Source: Taibaiella sp.
Lineage (GTDB): Bacteria; Bacteroidota; Bacteroidia; Chitinophagales; Chitinophagaceae
DNA: 64,000 nucleotides
NCBI GenBank assembly: GCA_019638495.1
Contig: JAHBTQ010000007.1
Coordinates: forward strand, 50,757-114,756
Direction of reading: 5' to 3'
Below are positions 58,603 through 64,000 of the stretch, piece after piece. The stretch's first letter is position 1. Every line of letters starts with the position of its first letter. The position numbers were made by a program, and so were the translations under genes. Under the pieces are notes generated by a model. That model had not been told where the DNA came from, did not search any database, and worked only from the letters and a program-made list of their open reading frames with translations.

Positions 58603-60402
58603 ATGTCAACCAGTAAGGTCAATGATTTTGTAGTGCGGTTTGCCAATGTGAATGGCACCGGCTCTGCAAGCGCTAATTTCCTTTTTACCAAGTCGATATT
58701 CAGGATGGGGGTGCCGGTAACACCCAAAAACATTTTTCCGTCTAACATTCAGGGCCTACCCACATGGTATGAGGTGCGCATAAGTGAGATGGGATACCTG
58801 GGGCGCCGCGAAGGCATAGACCTGCTGGTGGCGATGAACCCGCAGAGTCTTGCGGCCGACGTGGCTTCTGTGAGCACAGGTGGCTACCTGCTTTATGACA
58901 GTACAAAGCCGCTGCACAGCAATTTCATCCGCGATGATATTCACTACCTGGGCATACCGCTTATGGAGATGTGCAATCGTGAATATACAGACCCGCGGCA
59001 ACGCCAACTGTTTAAAAACATCATTTACGTAGGTGCACTTTCCGCACTGTTCGGTATAGAGTTTGAGGTATTGGAGCAGCTAATAGCAGAGCAATTCCCC
59101 GGTAAGGAAAAGCTGATACCACCCAACATAAAGGCGCTGAAAATGGGCGTGCAGTATGTGCATGACAATTTTGAGTATCCGCTTGATATTCGCGTGGAGC
59201 GACGCGACTTGGTGGGTGATGCAATAATGGTAGATGGTAACTCTGCCTGTGGTCTGGGGGCGCTGTATGGTGGGGCCACGGTGGCAGCATGGTATCCCAT
59301 CACGCCATCTACATCAGTGGCGGAGGCATTTGGTAATTACGCTGATGAGTACCGTGTAGATGAGGCTACCGGCAAGCGAAATGTGGCCATTATACAGGCC
59401 GAAGACGAACTGGCTGCTATAGGCATGGTAATAGGAGCAGGCTGGAATGGCGCGCGAGCATTTACCGCAACAAGCGGCCCCGGTGTGTCGCTGATGAATG
59501 AGTTCCTCGGGTTGGGATATTTTGCCGAGATACCGGCTGTGCTCATAGATGTGCAGCGCACTGGGCCATCTACGGGTATGCCCACACGCACACAGCAGAG
59601 TGATGTGATGGAGGCAGCCTATGCCTCTCACGGAGATACTAAACATGTACTGCTCTTCCCGGCGACACCCAAGGAGTGTTTTGAGATGACGGTGGATGCC
59701 TTTGACCTTGCTGAGCAATTGCAGACACCCATTATAGTAATGACCGACCTGGACCTGGGTATGAATGACCATGTGTCGCCACCATTTGTATGGGACGATA
59801 GTCGTGACTATAAGCGTGGTAAGGTGCTGAATGCTGACGACCTTGAGCAGATACAGCGTTTTGGTCGCTACCTGGATGTGGATGATGATGGTATTACCTA
59901 CCGCACTTATCCCGGTACGCACCCTACGAAAGGTGCTTTCTTCACACGTGGCACATCGCGCGACGAATATGCAGCTTATACGGAAGACGGTGGCGCGTAC
60001 AAGCGCAATATGGACCGCCTGATAAAGAAGTGGAACACTGCAAAAGAATATGTGCCTGCCCCGGACACATACAAAACCAAAAACAAACACGCCAATGGGC
60101 TCATCTTCTACGGCACTTCTCAATACGCTGCTGAGGAAGCGATAGACCAGTTACGGGCAGAAGGAATAGAGATGGATGCGCTGCGTATAAAGGCGCTACC
60201 TTTCAACCACCAGGTGGAAGACTTCATCAATAACCATCAGCGCGTATTTGTGATAGACCAGAACCGCGATGGGCAGATGCGCAGCCTGCTAATGATAGAA
60301 CTTAACGCAGACCCTGCAAAGCTCATCTCCATCCTTAATTATGACGGCATGCCTGTGACGGCAGATAATATCGCGCGGCAGGTGCTGAAGGGATTAGGTT
60401 AA
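58603..60402 (+). CDS. 2-oxoacid:acceptor oxidoreductase subunit alpha (gamma-alpha fusion)
   Basis: ANVNGTGSAS, WYPITPSTS, QAEDELAA, TATSGPG, DVQRTGPSTGMPT. Confidence 0.93.
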   Translation: MSTSKVNDFVVRFANVNGTGSASANFLFTKSIFRMGVPVTPKNIFPSNIQGLPTWYEVRISEMGYLGRREGIDLLVAMNPQSLAADVASVSTGGYLLYDSTKPLHSNFIRDDIHYLGIPLMEMCNREYTDPRQRQLFKNIIYVGALSALFGIEFEVLEQLIAEQFPGKEKLIPPNIKALKMGVQYVHDNFEYPLDIRVERRDLVGDAIMVDGNSACGLGALYGGATVAAWYPITPSTSVAEAFGNYADEYRVDEATGKRNVAIIQAEDELAAIGMVIGAGWNGARAFTATSGPGVSLMNEFLGLGYFAEIPAVLIDVQRTGPSTGMPTRTQQSDVMEAAYASHGDTKHVLLFPATPKECFEMTVDAFDLAEQLQTPIIVMTDLDLGMNDHVSPPFVWDDSRDYKRGKVLNADDLEQIQRFGRYLDVDDDGITYRTYPGTHPTKGAFFTRGTSRDEYAAYTEDGGAYKRNMDRLIKKWNTAKEYVPAPDTYKTKNKHANGLIFYGTSQYAAEEAIDQLRAEGIEMDALRIKALPFNHQVEDFINNHQRVFVIDQNRDGQMRSLLMIELNADPAKLISILNYDGMPVTADNIARQVLKGLG

Positions 60403-60457
60403 GGAATTAGGAATTAGGGATTTGGAATTAGGATTGCTATACCGACGCAAATGGGCA

Positions 60458-60532
60458 CTGGCGCGGGTTTGGCGCGGAGACAATGTGCGGAGCCAACCCG
60501 TGCCTCACGATAGTAGGCGGTTTGCAACCGCC
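60458..60532 (+). repeat. Composite REP unit, left copy
   Basis: CTGGCGCGGGTTTGGCGCG-N15-GCCAACCCGTGCCTCAC-N7-GGCGGTTTGCAACCGCC; an extra partial copy at 60610-60624. Confidence 0.9.
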
Positions 60533-60647
60533 AGTAAAAAAGTCTACTACACCGGCGGGGTTTGATTCGCAAGGGATGTGCTTAGTCCATCAGTGCTCAC
60601 AGAAGGAATCGGTTTGCAACCGCCAATAAGACTTGTTATCTTCGGTT

Positions 60648-61205
60648 ATGTCCTCGAAATACAAAGTATACGACGATCAAATTCCTGTTTTCGTCACATC
60701 GACCGTCGTGGCGTGGGTTGATGCACTATCGCGAGAGTGGTACAAGGAAATAATATGTGCCAGCCTGAAACACTGTATTGACCAAAAGGGTTTGCGACTA
60801 CATGCGTGGGTGATAATGAGCAATCATTACCATCTTATCATTTCCGCCCAACCAGGTTACAAAATTGGGAATATCATGCGTGACTCTAAGAAACATACCT
60901 CTAAGAAAATTGTCGCCGCTATCGCACAAAATGTAGAAGAGAGCAGAAAGAAATGGTTGCTGAATATGTTCCGGTTTCACGGGGAGAATAATGACGCCAA
61001 TGAGGAATATCAGTTTTGGCAGGAGGAATATCACCCAGTGACGTTGGACACGCAAGAGAAACTGGGGGACCGCTTTAACTACCTGCATGATAACCCTGTA
61101 AAGGCAGGAATTGTATGGCTGCCGCAACACTACAAGTACAGCAGTGCTATAGATTATTATGAGGAAAAGCCGGGTTTGTTACCTTTGGAAAAGTTGGTGT
61201 TGTGA
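60648..61205 (+). mobile_element. REP-associated tyrosine transposase (RAYT, IS200/IS605-like Y1 HUH)
   Basis: FVTSTVVAW, AWVIMSNHYHLII (HUH), FWQ, YLHDNPVKAG (catalytic Tyr region), YKYSSA; flanked by REP units; TATCTTCG box 3 nt before the ATG. Confidence 0.9.
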
Positions 61206-61207
61206 CT

Positions 61208-61281
61208 GGCGGTTACAAACCGCCACCTCCTGTGGGGCACGGGTTGGCTCGGCGCAGGGCCACGCGCCAAACCCGCGCCAG
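61208..61281 (-). repeat. Composite REP unit, inverted copy
   Basis: Reverse complement of the left unit; starts 2 nt after the RAYT stop. Confidence 0.9.
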
Positions 61282-61309
61282 AATTGGGTAAAAACGAAAA
61301 AGTGAAATT

Positions 61310-61666
61310 ATGTTAGGGCTTGCAAAGATGGAGAGTTTGCCAAGTGGTTTCGAATATCCAAAAGACTATATTGTCTTCTTAGAGCGGGACTTTAAAGATA
61401 TTCTTCCTTGGTTCGTTCTGCAGGAAGATGAAATTGGGCGGTTGCGAGACGGTTTGAGCAACAGATACCCTTATCGGAATTTGGTGCCCTTTGCGCGAAG
61501 GCGCGATAGGGAAGATGTCGCCTGTTTTGATATTGAAAAGGGTAATGGAATCGTCATAATTCATGATTATGCCGGTGCTGGTTGGGAATTCGTCTGCGAG
61601 TATAGTGGCATATGGAACTGGTTCGGACAAGTAGCTGAAGACATAATCGACTATGAGAACAACTAA
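61310..61666 (+). CDS. SMI1/KNR4 (SUKH)-like protein
   Basis: LPSGFEYPKDY, RYPYRNLVPFARR.DREDVACFD, IIHDY..GWE...W.W pattern. Confidence 0.65.
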   Translation: MLGLAKMESLPSGFEYPKDYIVFLERDFKDILPWFVLQEDEIGRLRDGLSNRYPYRNLVPFARRRDREDVACFDIEKGNGIVIIHDYAGAGWEFVCEYSGIWNWFGQVAEDIIDYENN

Positions 61667-61795
61667 GTGTGTTTGAGTAATGAAAACGATGAGAGTTGGT
61701 GGGATAAGGAATTGAGGATAAGAATAGAGGACTAGGAATTGCGAAATTGGATTGCTGTTGGTGTGGTACACTGGAGCATTCTATGTACCGCTACG

Positions 61796-61871
61796 CTGGC
61801 GCGGGTTTGGCGCGTAGCAAATGTGTGTGTGCCAACCCGTGCCTCACCAGAGCCGGCGGTTTGTAACCGCC
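61796..61871 (+). repeat. Composite REP unit, third copy (same orientation as left)
   Basis: CTGGCGCGGGTTTGGCGCG-N16-GCCAACCCGTGCCTCAC-N7-GGCGGTTTGTAACCGCC. Confidence 0.9.
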
Positions 61872-62059
61872 AATAAAAATCTATCACAGAACGCCTCCGT
61901 CTTATCATGCCCTCGTTTCTGCAATATCATAGATTTTTGTTTTGATGTGCATCTCTTTATTTGCGACCTTTAGTGGGGAGGACTAATTTTTGCTTACCCA
62001 TTCCCCTTAGATGGTAGTCGCTCCAGTTCAATCCTACCAGGCATCCAAGTTCAGGCAGC

Positions 62060-62440
62060 CCGGAAAAAGTCGGAAGCAAGTCGGAAGCAGGAATGGGATA
62101 GCAGGAAGTGATTGGTGGTGACAGTCAATAGTTTAATCGAAATAACTTCCGATTGGAAATCGAACCGGAAGTTCGGCAGTTTCGGATCTGTATCACACGC
62201 TTTGTGTCCTTCACAGATACCATGAGCTTAGTGTCCTTTGTGAATCTTCCTTGGTGTGCCTTGCCTGCCCGTCCGCAGGCGGGTGTTAAGCCCTTCACAA
62301 ACACCGTACCGGAAGCGACCAGAAAAAGTCGGAAGCGAATCGGAAGTAGGAATAGGGAAATCGGAAGTGGTTTCAATTGATAATCAACTCTTTAATGAAA
62401 GTGACTTCCGATTTGAAATCGAACCGGAAGTTCGGAAGTT
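62060..62440. repeat. Two CGGAAG-rich hairpin elements (copies B and C)
   Basis: Copy C has the 11-bp inverted repeat AAATCGGAAGT (62358-62368) / ACTTCCGATTT (62404-62414) around TTGATAATCAA (62377-62387). Confidence 0.75.
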
Positions 62441-62531
62441 CAGCAGAATTCGGCAGACTGACAAGCGTCGGATGCGTTATGCCAATCCTTTAATCTTTAT
62501 AATCAAGGTTCAGACAAGGTTCTGACACAGT

Positions 62532-63539
62532 TCAGGCAAGTAGTGCAACAAGCTCATCAAGCTTATTATGCGTCACCACACTCGGGAATGGCAGCGAATG
62601 ATCACCCATCGCTTTCACCACCGCAGCAGCAATAGACGCCGGGTCGTCCTGGTTAAAGGTGAGGCTCGGTGTAACAACGTCGTAAACGAACGGCAATTCG
62701 GAAGCCAGTATTTTCATGCCGCTTTCTGCTGCTTCTATCAGCGGCAGGCCAAAGCTTTCCATGAGTGACGGGAAGATGAGATAAGGACATTCATAGTATA
62801 GTTCACGTGGGTCGCGGTATTGGTGGTTTACGATTTTTGCGCCGCGCTCAATCAGCTGTTGCACGCGCTCCAGGAATGCCGGTGCGGTTTCGTCGATGGT
62901 TACATGCAGGGTAGGCGTATGGCCTTGTGTCAGCAGGTGCTCCCACGCATTCAGCAGGTTAGGGTAGTTTTTCTGTGGGGTGGGGTTGCTCACAAGTACG
63001 AACTCATTCTTTCTGCGTTGCTCAAAGGGCAAGCCACCATTGTACTTCTTGTCGTCGTAAAACGGAATAGTGAGACAATGTGCAGCATCCTTCAGCCCCA
63101 CTTCTGTAAGGCCCTTTACCATGTGGGGCGTCTGCACTATGAAGTAGTCAGTATTCTGTGCATTCACCTTTACATACAGGTACTTGATGTATTGCGACCA
63201 GAACATGCGCTTGAACTTCTGTCCCGGTGCTTCCAGCAGCTTCTGGTTATGAAAGTAAGTATACACTGTAGCCTTCATCTTCACCGGTGGTGGAGTATTG
63301 GCAAAGCAAAGTACTTTGGTATAGTCCTTTGTGTGTAGCTTGTAGAAACGTTTGCGCTCTGCGGTCTTATTGGGTATTACCGTGTAGTTATTTTGCAGGC
63401 TTGCAGGTATGTCAAAACGCGGGTCCAGCAGAAAGTGGAACTTGTCCTTGTCTGCCCGCTTCATCAGGTTCTCAAGCAGGTAGGTGAAAAGTACTGCCCC
63501 GCCGCCCTTGTTCACAAATAGTCCGTCTATCAAAGTCAT
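62532..63539 (-). CDS. Glycosyltransferase family 4 (GT-B)
   Basis: NKGGGAVL, NPTPQKNY, IFPSLMESFGLPLIEA, SELPF. Confidence 0.9.
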   Translation of the reverse strand: MTLIDGLFVNKGGGAVLFTYLLENLMKRADKDKFHFLLDPRFDIPASLQNNYTVIPNKTAERKRFYKLHTKDYTKVLCFANTPPPVKMKATVYTYFHNQKLLEAPGQKFKRMFWSQYIKYLYVKVNAQNTDYFIVQTPHMVKGLTEVGLKDAAHCLTIPFYDDKKYNGGLPFEQRRKNEFVLVSNPTPQKNYPNLLNAWEHLLTQGHTPTLHVTIDETAPAFLERVQQLIERGAKIVNHQYRDPRELYYECPYLIFPSLMESFGLPLIEAAESGMKILASELPFVYDVVTPSLTFNQDDPASIAAAVVKAMGDHSLPFPSVVTHNKLDELVALLA

Positions 63540-64000
63540 TGTCCCGCTTGCTGTTTTAGTTTCCTGAACTGTTTCTCCATTTTTTTATACTGGCGGTACG
63601 AAGGTGTAGTATAGTGGCCGCCCTTCCCTTGTGGAGAGGCAGCGCCGAAATAGGATTCGAAGTTTTCGAGCACGCGGACAAGTCCTTTCGCTGATGTGTC
63701 GAACAGGCGTGCATAGTTGAATGCCACAGTGTCTGCAAGCGACTCGCGGAATACGATGGGTAAACGCTCCTGGTAAAGGATGTCACCGCCGTCGATCTTG
63801 CTTGTTATTTTGTGAATGGTATATCCTGTCTCTGTAGATCCGTTGAATATCTGCCAGATAATACTCTGGGCATTCTGATAGGCCGGCAGTATCTCGTGGT
63901 GAATATTGATCATGCCATAGCGGGGGATGCTGAATATCTTTTTGCTGATGAAGCCATTGCCAAGGCTTAGTCCCACGTCTGCATCGGCCTGCTCAAAAGC
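63536..64000 (-). CDS. Formyltransferase (formyl_trans_N), 5'-truncated by the window edge
   Basis: The frame is open to the window end (AFEQADADVGLSLG...); INIHHEILPAY, GYTIH.ITSKIDGGDIL; ATGA overlap with the GT4 start. Confidence 0.85.
   Translation of the reverse strand, partial: AFEQADADVGLSLGNGFISKKIFSIPRYGMINIHHEILPAYQNAQSIIWQIFNGSTETGYTIHKITSKIDGGDILYQERLPIVFRESLADTVAFNYARLFDTSAKGLVRVLENFESYFGAASPQGKGGHYTTPSYRQYKKMEKQFRKLKQQAGQ

Noticed and set aside
59314-60123. 269-aa ORF antisense to the oxidoreductase alpha gene
   Set aside because: Shadow ORF with no recognisable domain.
60648-61205. Autonomous IS200/IS605 or IS1341 element with TnpB
   Set aside because: No tnpB or RuvC ORF follows, and the flanks are multi-copy REP units, which fits RAYT rather than an IS with single subterminal hairpins.
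62125-62525. Short ORFs with a repeated EIEPEVR motif
   Set aside because: The motif is a translation of the duplicated CGGAAG hairpin element, not a protein repeat.

Overview
Chromosomal segment of a Bacteroidota bacterium, probably Chitinophagales. This is inferred from porT, T9SS C-terminal sorting domains, a GLPGLI protein, a zinc-less L36 and many TAnnTTTG -7 promoter boxes. Core genes are infA-rpmJ-rpsM-rpsK-rpsD-rpoA-rplQ, porT, icd, deoC, clpB, dapA, accA, a CapD-like dehydratase, a TolC protein, an inositol monophosphatase, two TPR histidine kinases and a 2-oxoacid oxidoreductase alpha subunit. Accessory regions are: (1) an AT-rich islet at about 4.4-6.1 kb with a tandem-domain protein and a Cys-rich peptide next to a small membrane protein; (2) a Type I restriction-modification island at 15.7-22.3 kb whose HsdS has two near-identical TRDs and which carries a GNAT-like gene in the PrrC position (hsdM-hsdS-X-hsdR); (3) tandem NHL-repeat T9SS paralogs with homogenised 3' halves; (4) higBA; (5) a RAYT transposase plus a SUKH-like gene bracketed by three copies of a composite REP unit. 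Intergenic DNA is rich in REP-like palindromes, several abutting ribosomal-gene stop codons. There is also an unannotated promoter-hairpin-terminator sRNA candidate at about 24.83-24.93 kb. No tRNA, rRNA or CRISPR array was recognised. All family assignments come from motif recognition by eye; no searches were run.
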